This document shows positions 1-16,510 of a DNA stretch of 64,000 nt, in pieces. Within the stretch, counting starts at the first letter, position 1. Every line of letters starts with the position of its first letter. The notes under the pieces are model-generated. The model did no database searches and was not told the DNA's origin. It was given only the letters and a program-made list of their open reading frames with translations. Made by a program: the position numbers and the translations under genes. Source of the DNA: the human T2T-CHM13v2.0 reference genome, Homo sapiens; assembly GCF_009914755.1 (NCBI RefSeq), contig NC_060926.1; one strand, 5' to 3'.

Positions 1-103
1 GATCTTGGACTTCCAGCCTCCAGAACTGTGAGAGAATAAATGTGTGTTGTTTGAGCTACCAGTCTGTGATATTTGGCTACGGCAGTCCTGGGAAACTAAC
101 GCA
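1..103 (+). mobile_element. MLT1-type MaLR LTR, 3' end (cut by window edge)
   Basis: ttggacttccagcctccagaactgtgagagaataaa...ggaaactaacgca matches the remembered MLT1 R/U5 end. Confidence 0.8.
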
Positions 104-782
104 CCACAGTATACAGCAGAAAATGGAGTTCAGTTCTGGATGGGGAGAAAAAGACACTCGCCATTGTCTTTTAAGCACTTTTCTGGTACTACATATAAAT
201 ATCAGAAAAATACTTCTTCATCTTATTTTCAGTTTTGAATAGACACTTCTATTTAAGCTTTATAACTAAAAGAAACTAGGTTTTTTTCATCTCATTATTT
301 TACGCGTGCTTTGTAAACTAGCTTGGGTTTTCTTGGTAATCTCTTCTTTCTTTTAATTTAATCCTCTAACTTTGAAATCAATAGAGAAGGTTCACAGAGG
401 AATCTTCTTAATCCTCCCCTAATCATTACTGTGAAAATTGGGCTTGCATTGAAGACTTGTTTTATTATAATCTACTTAATGTTCTCTTAATATTCCTCTT
501 GTACAGTAATAATTAGTGATAGTGATAGAAACTAATATTAAGTAGCCATTTACTGTGTAGAGCACTAATATATGACTTCATTTTTAAATAAAATATATAT
601 TTTTAGAACAGTTTTAGGTTTTCAGAAAAATCTGTAAATCTAAAGATAGTACATAGAGTTTCCATATACCCTACACCTAGGTCCTCTTATTACTAAACTC
701 TAAGTTGTGATGGAAATTTGTTACAATTAATGAAGTAACATTGATAGATTATTATTACTAGCTAAAGTCCATGCTACATTAG

Positions 783-1406
<624 letters not shown>

Positions 1407-2664
1407 TGACACTTTTGAGGAGCTCAGGTCAGGTATTTTGTAGACTGTTTCTCAACTGAGATTTTTCTGATATTTTTCACATGATTAGACTGGGATTATA
1501 TGTCTCTGGGAGGAAGGCCACAGAGGTAAAGTGCCATTTGCATCACATCGTAACCAAGGTACACACTATCAATATGACTTGTCATTGTTGGTGTTGACCT
1601 TCACCATCTGGCTCAGGTAGTATTTGTTAGGTATTTCCACTGTAAAATGACTCCCTCTCCCTTTCCATAGTGTATTGTCTGCCATGGGTTACTATGTACA
1701 TCCCACACTTAAGAAATGAGGAGTTATGCTCTGCATAAATTATTTGCAATGTTTCTGATATGGAAATGTGTCCCCCTTCTCCATTTATTTCAATCAGTTG
1801 TATCAGTATGGACTGGGGGATATTTTACATATATGGTTTTAAAATTTATTTTATTTATATGTTTATCTTAAACATCAAGTTATCATCTACTACCACTTTT
1901 GTGGCTCAACTATTGGGAGCTCTTTCCATTGGTTCCTGTATCCCTTTGTCATACTCCCATCATCACTGTGACATTTTTGGTTTGCTTGCTTTTTTTTTTT
2001 CTGAGCATGTCTTTAATTCTTGGTACTATAAGATGCTCCAGGCTCATCTTGTGAATTTTGATTCAGTTTTAGAGCTTACTCTTTCTCAAGGTTCCCTGAT
2101 TCATTTTGCTGGAGAATAGCACTAGAAACCAAGCTTTGCATGCTAGAGGTACTGGTGCTACTCTGACTGATGACTTCCAGGCCCTCTTGACTGACAGGGC
2201 AGGGCAAGAGATGTCTGTACACTAATCCCTGTATGTACATGTATCCATAACTATTTCTGTAAGTAACTGTGCATCTGTATTAGTCTAAACATGAGTTCAT
2301 ACTGCTGTTTGCAACTCCATTTATGACCAAATGGATTATTCTAATCTCCCTCTTGCTTAGCTGTAAATCCTTACCATCAGCTATCTATTTAATTGTCCAA
2401 TTTTAGTATCCATGTATAGCAGTATGAAGATTATGAAACTCTGCCTCTGTGGGAAATAACTTTACCATTCAGAGTGTAGTGCTTTGTGCTATCTCCTTTG
2501 CTTTTATTACAGATTTAAAGGTTTTTCAGGTCGCACCTTTTCTCCACCCATCACATAGTAGTAATACGTTAGATTGGTTGGTGACATCCTGCACTCTATC
2601 CTGGGATCCTATCATTTTATTTTTTTCTTCACAATACACCTCTTAAGGAGAAATTTTAAAAATG

Positions 2665-2775
2665 CTTGTTTTCCAGATGAGGAAACACAGAGAGTTTAAT
2701 GTGCCCGAGGAATTCACAGCTAGTAATTAGTAGAGGTTAAATTTGAGGTTAGATTTATATGTCTCAATTTGAGGG
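2665..2775 (-). mobile_element. MIR fragment
   Basis: cagatgaggaaacacagagag...cacagctagtaa core. Confidence 0.6.
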
Positions 2776-3073
2776 TTAATGTTTTCCTTGAAAAGGTAAA
2801 CACTGATTACTTTTTCATAAAACAAACCCAAATGCATGCTTGTTGATGAAGGGCAGCCTGGAGATGAAGACATGCCACTGCGGTGATGGGCCATACTCAA
2901 AGCCACAGCATGATACTCGGTCACAACCCACTCAGTCCTCACACAAACTGATGCTGGAAGGAGTCATCTCAGGAAAGTGTGTGGTTTCAAATATTTCTAT
3001 ATCACATGAAGGTCTAAGGTAGCAAAATAGGAAACCTGAGCATTTAAGGTAGATGAACCATTTTCCTGCCCCT

Positions 3074-3578
3074 GATGTGTGGAGGTTCGCTAAGGAAGCA
3101 GAACCAACATAATATATGTATGTACAAAAACTTGCAAATAATTAAGATGAAACCCACTTTATTTTTAAAGGGCTATTTTGTTCTATAAGGTTAAATGCAT
3201 AGACTTGTGCTAGGAGAATTAGAATTTCATATATATGATTTAGGTTATATTTATCCCATACATATATGACATGTGATTTATTGAAAAGAATTAGCTCTTG
3301 TGATTATGAAAGGGCTGAGAAGTCCAAAATCTGCTTCATGGTCCAGCAGGCTGGATACCCTAGAGACCTGATAGGGCAGATAGTCTGGTAGGCTGGCTAC
3401 TGGAGAATTCCCTCTTGCTTGGGGAAGTCAGTCTTTTTGTTCTGTTCAGGCCTTCAACTAATAGGTTGAGGTCCACTTACATTATGGAGGGCAGTCTGTT
3501 TTACCCAAAGATTATAAATTTAAACGTTAACCTCATCTAAAAATACTCTTCAGGCTGACACATAAAATTAACCATCAT
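3074..3578 (-). mobile_element. MLT2 (ERVL) solo LTR
   Basis: ggccttcaacta...attatggagggcagtctgtttta...gacacataaaattaaccatca terminus. Confidence 0.75.
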
Positions 3579-4354
3579 CCCTGAAATGGCTACACAGAGC
3601 CTGTACTTTCCTTAGGAGTGGAAGAAAAACATTAGGAAAAACGATGCCTCTTATAAACTATATGCAAACAGGTCTCATCGGAGTAGCATTCGTACATGTT
3701 TAATTGCAGCTAATTGGAGGACCCTAGAAAGATTTGAACTAGCTTATGCCTGAGTTAGGCACGTTTGTGAAGAAAGAAACACTTTTCAAAGAAATGAACA
3801 ACTTTCTTGTTATGCCTAAGCAGCTGCGGTTTCTATTCTTAGCAGACAAGGGGATCATTCACTAAACAAAAACATATCCCGGCATTGAGGCATTCATGCT
3901 TCACAAGGTGAAGCATTATTGCACTGACAACTTTATTGCCTTTTTTTTTCCCCTCTCGCTGAAATGAGTTTCCTGGGGATGAGGGCTGCCTCCTTCGGTT
4001 CACCAGCTGCCGTGTGCTCTATCGTGCCAATGATAATGAAGATCCCCCAGAAGACCGTGGCCGACACAATCAAAATATGACTTACTCATTATGGAGATTG
4101 GTGGAAATAGTCAAATTTCCTGTGATATAAGATGAGGCTGACAACCAGCTTGTCTCAGAGAAACTCTGGGCTCTAGTGGATTAAGATCATGGTTTCTGAA
4201 TCAATGATGTTATCAGAGACACCGGCTGTAAGCAAATATTTTTCCTGGATGGGGCTAGAAATAGTCTGAGTGTTGCAATTCAGAATCTCTGGGGCCTTTT
4301 TCTGCTTCCAGGAAAGCAGCATTGATGATTGGCTTTAGTGTTATTTCATATTAA

Positions 4355-6415
<2,061 letters not shown>

Positions 6416-8849
6416 TATGGTGGGGTGGAGAAAGTGCACACATTTCCTGGCCGTCTCTCTGTTAGCTTGTGCATGGCCCCAAGGTGTTTCCTGGGTCAGG
6501 CAATTTCTCAGGTTCCCTCTAAGCCCAGAACTTTGCTTCACCTCCACACTCCTCTCAAGAATCCTTTGGGATGGACCGGACAAGTGGGGCAGTCAGTGTT
6601 GACTCAGTCCCTTCTTACAGTGCTCATACGCGGCCCGTCTGGAAACCTACTACAAATTATACTTCAAATTGGATATCACGGTTGATCATGTGTTTACTTC
6701 CAAATCCACGTCAGATGGAAATCTGGCATTGCAAATGTGACTTGCTATCTGCTTCAGAGTCTGCCAATACTCTATCATCCTTCCAAGTGTTCTCTATTTT
6801 CCCAGTACCTGAGCGACTTGATCTGAAGTCAATTACAGAACTGTTGAGCCTGAACTCCTATGGGCCTGTCTACCATTCATAACCCAAAACCCCTTAATCT
6901 TCCCCCAGTCGACTCCTTTGCTAAGGCCAAGTCTACAACGTGATCAACACTGCCCTCTGGGCTTCTCCTTCTCCTCACCCCATGGGTGGAGATTTGCTAG
7001 CCTTAAGGGTATTAAAGAACAGATGTTCACCTTCCTCCTTCCAGCCTGTTTCCCCTTCAAATTTCTGTAGAACAAGCTGGAGTTGTTCTGTCCTATTACC
7101 CCAACAGAGACGTTATAAATTTCAACCAAGTTCCAGGACGCAGATGTTTTTCTCAGTAGTCCGGTGGCATTCTCTGTCATCCATACTCGAGGTTCCCTTT
7201 TACATTCTTCTTTGGCTACTGTAATTCACACAGGCCCAAGGGCCTCACTGTCTCTACTTTATATGGAGCAGATACTTTCTGGACATCTGAATTAACCTTG
7301 TAAACACCTTACATGGCTGAACAGAGCCACTCAAGGGGCTGGATACTATATAGAGATTATTGTAAAAGCCATTTTATTTCCAAAAATTTAGAATTTCTTA
7401 GACATACTTGCCAAAATAGGAATCTTGGGTGATAAATAGTCATTTAGATATTCAAACTTTGCATGATTCATATCCTAGGAGAATAACTTTGCTAGCTGAG
7501 TAGACACTAGTTTATGTTAAGGATTTCTTCACTTGGCCATAGGTAGAAGACATTTATCATTTGTTATCTTTAGGCCCTGTTTCTCCTATTTCAGCTCTAG
7601 AAATATATTTCAGCTAAGAGCTGTCCAGGTAAATGGATGATGTTGCTGTGTGTTAAATTTATGGCTCAATTACAATCAATCTTATGCTATCACCTTCTAG
7701 CGTCTGTATGTAATTAATATAAACAAAGTAGTAAACCAACATTTCTTATGCCACCTTGTTTCCTGCTGGTAAAAATAAAATAAAATCAATGCCTGCTTTC
7801 AAAGTAATTGGCTCCAGAATATGATCTTAGATTGTCCAGATAGGTGTGATGGTAAAGAGAATTATTTCCTTGGGTATCATTTATTCTAGTATTGTAGGTT
7901 AGTAAGTGATGTTTACCTGGCTTAAATTGACAGCTCAAATTGTTGCTTTTTTCTCTGCCCAGACTCCCATCATTCCTGGCAGGTTAATTGGGTTGGGGGG
8001 ATCAAACGTACAGAGGTCAGCTTCTAAAGCTTCCACTAGCAGTATGGAAAGACAGCACAGTGGCTAGGTGAGCTGTCATTTGGGGATTTCCAACCCAAAC
8101 AAAGTCACCATCTACTTTGCCCAGCCAGAGTCAATCCTGAGCCATCTTGGATTGGGATCTATGTTTTGCTACACATCTATCATGATAAATCATTAAAACA
8201 AAGCCTTGTAAATATTTGCCTTTTAAAGTAAAAGAATTCTACACTGTAAACCAATTGAACACATTTCTCTTGTTATAACCAGGCCATTCAATTAAAACAA
8301 AATGGCTCACTCGGAGTGACTTCCTGGCATTTAGATATTTAGCATTCTGTATCCGGATGCACTGGAAAGCTGAGCTGCTTACACTTATGGTCCATGGCAC
8401 ATTAGAGTTGCTGAAGATATTGGACACTAATTTTTCCACTGAAAACTTTATTAGGCATTCTTTTGTTTGGCCAGATAGACATCTGTGTTTCTAGATTAAT
8501 GTATTAGGAATTTTTAAATCCTAGAAACACATTTAGCTGCCTTGCAGAAATTTCAATATGTGCTCAAAGGATTATCACAGATCTATAGCAGGTATTATTA
8601 TGTAGATTCATTTGTTCACCCTGCAAAGACGGAGCCTTACAGCAAATCTTTATACATATAAAAAAAACAGAGTTGGTGTATTTTGGCAAAGCTCCAGATT
8701 CGTTGATAACGGGTGTCACCTTGGTACTTCATCCCCAGTGTTCGTCTCAAAATATGTTTCCTCCTGAATTTAAATAGCTCATATATGCAAGGTGGCTATA
8801 TTTATGCTATTTTTAAGAATAGCATAATATTTAAAGGCATAAAACTAAA

Positions 8850-9720
8850 CAATTTGGAGTTAACCTGATTAATATGAAAAAGAAGGTCAAATGAAAACTG
8901 GCATCAAATTGCAATATAAGGTAATGTATTCACATTCCTAACATATAAAGAACATTTTTTAAATGATGTACAAAATAATTAGAAGTTAGGAGAGATCATG
9001 AACAAGTTGTTTATAAAATAAATTCGGATAGGCAATAAAAATACAAGAAGTGTTAGCCTTGTTAGTAACCAGGAAAAGGCTGATTAAACAATGAAAATCA
9101 ATTGTTTCCTTAAGAGAGCCCAAAGATGAAAACAAAAGAGGAGCCCAGCATCAGAAGCGTTGGGGAGCACATGTTCACTTCAGCACTGCTGGTCTCGTTG
9201 ACCAGGGAGCACCCCCAGAGAGTGAGTTGTCAGCACTTATTTCAAGCTCTAAATTAATGAGTATTCTCCTGATCCGCCAACCAAACAAGATTACAAAGTG
9301 TATATAAAGCATTTTTATGTCACAGTGTTTTGAGGAGAGGAGAAAATAAAAATAACAACCTAAATCTCTAATGATAAGATCTTGGTTAGATAAATTGTGG
9401 TATAGTCATATAATAGGATAATAGGCAGCTACTAAAATAGTTAATAGAAGTCTATTTCTTGACATGAAAAGATGTTGATTGCATATTTCACTGAAAAAAA
9501 GTTGTAAGATAGCTCTGCAGCAACAAAAACTATTTTAAAATAAATTGTAGCACCAAGAATATCAGAAAGTCTAAAAGCACGTACATTTCCGTAGCAGGCT
9601 CAAAGATGGATTTTTTTTCTCCATTTCGCTAATCTGAATGTTTTTTTCCTCTCTGCCTTTCTCCCCCCTTTTATATTTAATAATCAAATATTACTTTTGC
9701 AATATGAAAATAAATGTAAC
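8850..9720 (+). mobile_element. Highly diverged L1ME ORF2 end and 3'UTR
   Basis: aacaacctaaatctcta...gataaattgtggtatagtcat and ttagtaaccaggaaaa motifs. Confidence 0.6.
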
Positions 9721-10387
9721 ATATTTTAAAAACAGTATGCATGCATCCATCATCTGAATGAGCATTATCTCTTGTTGTCACCTTGGGAAACAATAAAAGT
9801 CTAATGATTGATATAAAACTACTTTTGTGCCTTTTCACTAGAATCATGTTCCATACTGAAAAAGGATCAGTTTTCATCAGTCTTGCTGAGATGACATCTT
9901 AGTATTTCTTATTTCCTGTGTTTTCTTGCAGGAAGGCTGCAACCCCCAGAGTGACCTGTGTACATACCTGTCTTCACAGCTGGAAAGAACTTAATGCATC
10001 TATGTAAACTGATTAAGAATTACAAATCACAACGATGAAACCATCAATGAGATTCCTTTAATAAGTTCCACATATATTTTCGAGGCCATATATTGTTTTT
10101 CTCATAAATGTAAGCATGCAAGCATTTAAGATACATTTTGAAGTAAGTCACACATTCATGATTTTAAAAAATGAATACAAACAATGTAAGTTTATCTTGA
10201 TTCAAGAACACACTCACAAACACATATATTTCACCATTAACTATCTTTAGATTGTACCAATTGAAACAAAAGGCCAACCCAAGAGGTTTTGAAAATGCTG
10301 TAGTAGTAACTTAACATCAGGAAGCTGGGAATATGGGAATCCAATCTGCTGCACATCTGTCTGGGATAAAAGATGAGCAGACCACTA

Positions 10388-10590
10388 TTAGCTACCATTT
10401 ATTGACCATACGCTCCATGCCATACCCTTTATATCCATGATCTCTCTTAATCCTCATGACACTCCTGAGAGGAAAACGGTGTTGTCCTCAAATGCTGAGG
10501 CCTAGAGAATCTCAATGACTTTCTCAGTTTCACATTCTATTAAGTGGCAGAACCCAGGAAAGTCGGACTCCAGTGTTCTTGCTCTTCATG
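10388..10590 (-). mobile_element. MIR
   Basis: agctaccatttattga...ttaatcctcatgac...taagtggcagaaccc. Confidence 0.7.
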
Positions 10591-11867
10591 AACTAGTGGT
10601 GATGAGGAAAACACAATTAGAAAAATCACTGATTTGCTTATTGCATTTCTCTTGCAGAGGTAAGTCATTTCTTTCTTTCTTTTTTGGTACTTTTAAGGAA
10701 ATAAGTCCTGCTTTCCTTAATGTAAATACCACCCATGAACAAATGACAGAGTAGGCACATTTCATAAATGTATTTAAATTTCAAATGTTTCCATTTTCTA
10801 AAGAGACCCAGGATCAGTCAATTATTTTTTCCTATACAATATTCTACTGATATCTATAATCAAGACAATTATTTGTTACCATGTGAAATTGTACTGCTTC
10901 ATATAATCAAAGCAGAGAATTTTTGACACGTTGACAAGTGATTATATTTTGCAATAGGAAAATCTTCTGGGGCCCTATAGAACACTCCCTAATTGTTCCT
11001 CTTCTGTTTTACTTAAAATATTCTACCCTAAATTATAAAGATGAATGTGAATGTCATTTCTGTTGCTAGAAAGTTTTGCGACGACAAGCACTTTTCATGT
11101 GACACCAAGTGAGGTGAGCAGGCATGGGAAAATGTGCAAGACCCAGACAGGGCAGGCAATAAGACTGAAGTATGCCAGCCATTAGAATTGACAGCCAGCA
11201 CAGCAACCAAAATCAAAGCAAAATAAAACCAAAGAAGCAGACATCCCCAGGAGGAAGACAAGAGTCTTTCCTCTGAAATTCCCATGATTTTGGGTTGAGT
11301 GAGGAACCCTGAGTCTAGCACAGGATTGAGAGAGATGGCACAGCTGCCTCCGCTGGCTCAGACCCTTCAGGATGGAAAGTAACTGCTTTGGAGAACAAGT
11401 GACCTGTCTTCCTGAACAGACCATGCAGACAGCTCACGTCTGTGTGGTCCTTTTGCCTGGTTTCTGTAATGCCTTCTGCTCACCACTCAGACTGTAGGGC
11501 ACTCGGGAGTGCGATGGCTTATTATCTTCTTTTTCAATATCTGTTGAGGACTTGGTGGCAGAGGGCAAACTTTTGCATTCCAGCACCCAGCGCAGAGCCA
11601 ATGATCTCCAAGGTGAGCAAGTGTCCTCAGCAGTGGTGACTTCTCTCTCCAGGTGCTCCAAGGTGTTATTCTGTGGCCGGACCCACCATGGGCTGCCAGC
11701 TTGCTGCTGGATGGTTCCTATGCTTTCGTGGTCTACTCCTCTGCTTCTGAGAATAGCAATTTACCCAGCATAGGTGGTTATTCACCTGCCTACTATTCAG
11801 GCCTTTCTCTTTTATTGACAAGTGCCTTTCATTTTCAACCTAAAGTATTCTGTCATACTGTAAGAGT

Positions 11868-12075
11868 CAGCACAGGGTGGTGATGTGATCTTGAATTTTC
11901 AATAAAACAGATCTGGTTTGAATTCTGGTTGGGCCCTTATGCTGCTTAGGCTTAAAGAAATGGCTTTCCCACTAACCTTCAGTTTCCTTCAAATGGACAT
12001 AATGATACCTTACATAGGCTTATTGAGAGGAATAGATGAACAGAGAAGGTGAAAGCCTTGTGCTCTTCATGATAG
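11868..12075 (+). mobile_element. MIR
   Basis: cagatctggtttgaattctgg...cttcagtttcct...ataatgataccttacatagg. Confidence 0.65.
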
Positions 12076-12191
12076 AAGCTCATCATATGTTTCTGTCCTT
12101 CTCCTAACCCTTCATCTTCCATTTACCCCAAGACTACAGTCCAAATAAAGTTTGGCTATGGAGAAATACCAAATAAATTTTTAAAGGATGG

Positions 12192-12474
12192 TGTATTAGT
12201 CTGTTCTCATGCTGCTAATAAAGTCATACATGAGACTGGATAATCTATCAAGAAAAAGAGGTTTATTGAACTCACAGTTCCACAAGAGGGCTTATGCAGG
12301 GGAAGTCCCATTTATAAAACATCGGATCTCATGAGACTTATTCACTACCACAAGAACAGTATGGGGGAAACAGACTCCATGATTCAATTATCCCCACCTC
12401 ACCCCACCCTTCATACATGGTGGTTATTACAATTTAAGGTGAGATTTGGGTGGGGACACAGCCAAACCATTTCA
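12192..12474 (-). mobile_element. THE1 (THE1C-like) MaLR solo LTR with an internal deletion
   Basis: TG...CA termini; perfect 5-bp TSD gatgg (12187-12191, 12475-12479); shorter than consensus after cagttccac. Confidence 0.92.
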
Positions 12475-13100
12475 GATGGAAAGCAATGAAGAAATCCACA
12501 AAAACATGCTACAAGTTTATTAGGATAGCTTTGAAATCAGCAATGCAAAAACTTAGCTAGCAGCAGCTCCGTTAGAGTGAAACAAACATCTCAAGGTGGA
12601 CATTGAAAGGAAACAAAATCCCCTTGGTTGTAAAAACTTGAGCACATTTGTTAAAAAAAAAGACAAGAAAAAGTCAGTCATGCTCTTTTATAGCTGCGTC
12701 TCATACATTTTACATTTCACATCACACTTATACCAACAGATAAACGTTTCTTTGCAGCTCTCCAAAAATGTTTTACATTTAAGTACCACATGTTTAGCTC
12801 GACCCAGTTTTCCACTAGAATAAATAACTTTCTTTAAATAGATGATAAAAGTAGAGATTATGCTGTCCAGTATTTGACATAAATCCAGTCATAAAATTTG
12901 GGGACAAAATGATACAGTTAGATTTTTCTTTCAAATTATTCAGTGGAAGAACTGCTTAGAATTAGCTTCATGTTTAGAATGAAACTTTTATCCATGAAGT
13001 GCACATTCATTTGTAGCCTGATCAGCAATTTGCATTTCTGCCATTCTTATTTCTCTGTTCCCCTGATGATCCTTTACTTGTGCAAAAATTCTTAGAAATT

Positions 13101-13493
<393 letters not shown>

Positions 13494-13782
13494 TCACAAG
13501 GGATGTATTTGAAATAGCACCCATCCCCCATGTTAAAATATTTTTGTATTAGTAATTCATTTGTATAATTTAAACATCAAAAATTTTAAATGGGAAGACA
13601 ATGAAAGGCCCCTTTCCTACCCTCCCTGTGCTCCCAATCTGTCTCATTTCCAACACCCACAGTAGACAAATACTGTTTGGGTCCTTACTTATTCTTCCAG
13701 ATAAATTTTATGAATATGTTAGCCTTTCTAGGTAAGTATACACAGATACATACACACACTTATTCACAAATATTCACACACA

Positions 13783-14767
13783 TGGCTAGTTTTCTATTGC
13801 TACAAACTTAGTAGCTTACAAAAGTCATAGCTACTATCTCACAGTGTCAGTGGGTCAGGAGTCTGGATGTGGCTTTGCTGGGTCCACTACTCAGGTTCTC
13901 ACAAGTTTGCATTCAAGGTGTCAGCTGAGCTGTGTTCCTTTTGGGAGCTAGAAACCCTTTTCTCAGCTGTAGATGAGGAAAAATATCTGTTCCTCACTCA
14001 TCTTACTTAGGTTCATGGTTGAAGACTCTATAACCAAAGATAAATCAACAAAAGAAAAGCATATGAATTTATTTAATGTAAGTTGCACATGATGCAGAAG
14101 CCTCCATAACAAAATAAAGACCCCCCAAAATTGGTAAAACTGTGTATTTTTGTGATAGGTTTGATGAAGAAGTGAATAGTCATAGAGAAGTATGATTGGA
14201 TTAAAAAGTGTGATTTATGGTAATAAACTGGAGGAAACACAGCAAAGCCTGCTCATTCAGATTATTTTCTGTCTCCCTGTATCACCAATAACAGGATGTT
14301 CCTTTCCTCTGAATATAGGGAAGGTACCGCTTTCATGAAGGACTTACGACCTGCTTCACAGGAAGGTCAGAAACTTCTTCCTAGGTTTTAATGGCCTGCT
14401 TCAAGGGAGAAGGGCAGGAGGAAGGCAGAGAGAGAACCTCCTGTTTCTGCTGTTTTCTCAAATGCCAATGTGCCATATTTTAGGATAATGTGTCCTGAAC
14501 CTCATTAGAGCACACATGATTGTTAGCAGAGTTCAGTTCCTTGTATTAGTAGGACTGAGGCCTCAGCTTCTAAAAGCTGAGCATAGTTCCCTAGGTGTGG
14601 CCCAATCACATTAATTTCACTTAATAACAGCTTGCATCTTCAAAGCCAGCTCAGAAGCCTTGCGGATCCACTGGAAGGGCCCAGACCCTCTTTTAAGGAC
14701 TCCATCTAATTAAATCAGGCTCAATCTGGATAACCTCTCTTTGCATGGACTCAAAGTCAACTGATTT
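13783..14767 (-). mobile_element. MLT1E/F-like LTR, first two pieces (13783-13967 and 14508-14767)
   Basis: tctcacagtgtcagtgggtcaggagtct...agttcagttcctt...ctcaaagtcaactgattt. Confidence 0.7.
13968..14507 (-). mobile_element. ERV1 solo LTR, MER31-like, nested in MLT1
   Basis: Reverse complement begins ...ggttcaggacac...aaaatatggcacattggcatttgagaaaacagcag; TSD cagc/gagc. Confidence 0.7.
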
Positions 14768-16510
14768 GTGGTTTTCAGTTTTCCTTTTGGACAGATAAAA
14801 GTTTGGCAGTTAACACTCTCATTCTCACAAAGCAACAACAATAAAAACATGAACAAACTGAAAATTAACATTCTTCTTAGATCATTTAGAGAATTGAGGT
14901 CACAGGGCAAACCATCATTGGAAAAGTGGTGATAAAGGCAAATGCAGAGAATCACATCCTGATGTGAGCACAAGCCTCTGGAAGCTCATAGGAATACTGG
15001 AGTAATTGAAGACTTGGTGGAGTCTGAGCGTGAGCTACCTTGAGAGAGAAAAATGCCTGAAAGCCTAGTCTTAAAGGTTGGAGAGGCCCACACTTTCTTG
15101 AATTTTACCTCCAGCAGCCTTACCAGATTTTCACTGTGAAAATCAAAGAAATACCTTCTGGAGGAAGGAGAGGGGAAAAGTAACATTTTTGGAATATGCC
15201 CAGAGGTTCCTGTTCTTCATGACACAGACATGTTCCTTAGGGAAACTAATTTACATGAGCTTAGAGGAAGGTCAATGCATGTCTGCAGCCCTCTCTGGCT
15301 TTCCTGTCTCATGTAACGTGAGGAAATCCAAAAAAGCCTAAAAATTTCTTCTGGAAATCAAGTCCCAGGGATGCTGGCCCACCAAAAATGAAAGATTTAA
15401 TCATATAGTGCTTCCCCTCCCTAATATTTTACCACCACGTCAACAGGGCTTCAGTGGAATAATAGCAGATCACAACTGAGAGAGCGCAGAATTAACTCCT
15501 AGCCAGATAAGCATAAAACCTCATGCTAACGGCCTATTTACCTCAGTTCACTTTACCTGCTACAACATGTCTATCTATCAATAAAAAAATACAAAGGATG
15601 TTAAAAGGCAAAAAACACAACCTGAAGAGACAAAGCAGGCATCAGAACCAGCCTCAGATATGACAGAAATGTTCAACTTATTATATTGCAAATTTAAAAC
15701 AACTATGATTAATATCCTAAGGGCTTTAGTTGAAAAAGTGAACAACATGTAAGATCAGATGGTTTATGTAAGCAGAGAGAAGGAAATCTTAAGAAAAAAA
15801 GGAATTGCTAGAAATCAAAAACATCGTAAAATAGAAATTAAGAATACTTTTAGTAAGTTCATTAGTAGACTGGACATTGCTGAGGAAAGAATCAGTGAGC
15901 TTGAAGATACATCAGCGGAAACTTTCAAAATTAATATGCAAAGAGAAAAAAGAATGAAAAAATGGAACTGAAATAGAATATCCAAGAACTGTGGGATGAT
16001 CTCAAAAGGTATAACATACATGTAATGGCAGTATCAGAAGAAGAAGAAGAAGGAGAGAAAGGAACAGAACAAATATCTGAAAACAAAGACTGAGAATTTC
16101 CTAAATATTAATAACAGACGCCAAACATCCAAGAAGTTCAGAGAACACAAACCAGAATAAATACCAAAATATCTACACTTAGTCATCTCATATTTGCTGT
16201 AGAAAAAAACCAAAGACAAAAAAAAACTTCCAAGAAGTCAGAGGGAAAAAAATAGCTTGTCTACAAGATGAAGAAGGATAAGAATTATATAGACTTCTCT
16301 TTAGAAAACATGCAAGCAAGAAGACAGTGAAATTAAATATTTTAAGTGTTGGAAGAAAAACCCCCCACCAGCCTATAATTCTGTACACAGCAAAATTATC
16401 CTTCAAAAGTAAAGGAGGAATAAAGACTTTCTTGAACAAACAAAATTTAAAATTATGGGAATTTGTTGTCTTAAATGTGACTTGCAAAAAATGTTAAAAA
16501 GAACTTCAAA
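14768..16510 (+). mobile_element. L1M (L1MD-like) 5'UTR and decayed ORF1
   Basis: ORF1-like peptide in ORF track (ISRLDIAEERISELED, 15759..15971); atccttcaaaagtaaaggaggaataaagact near the ORF1 end. Confidence 0.8.

Noticed and set aside
3930-4078. Minus-strand frame with a transmembrane-like stretch (ILIVSATVFWGIFIIIG)
   Set aside because: Preceded by in-frame stops, with no start codon or acceptor and no recognisable homologue
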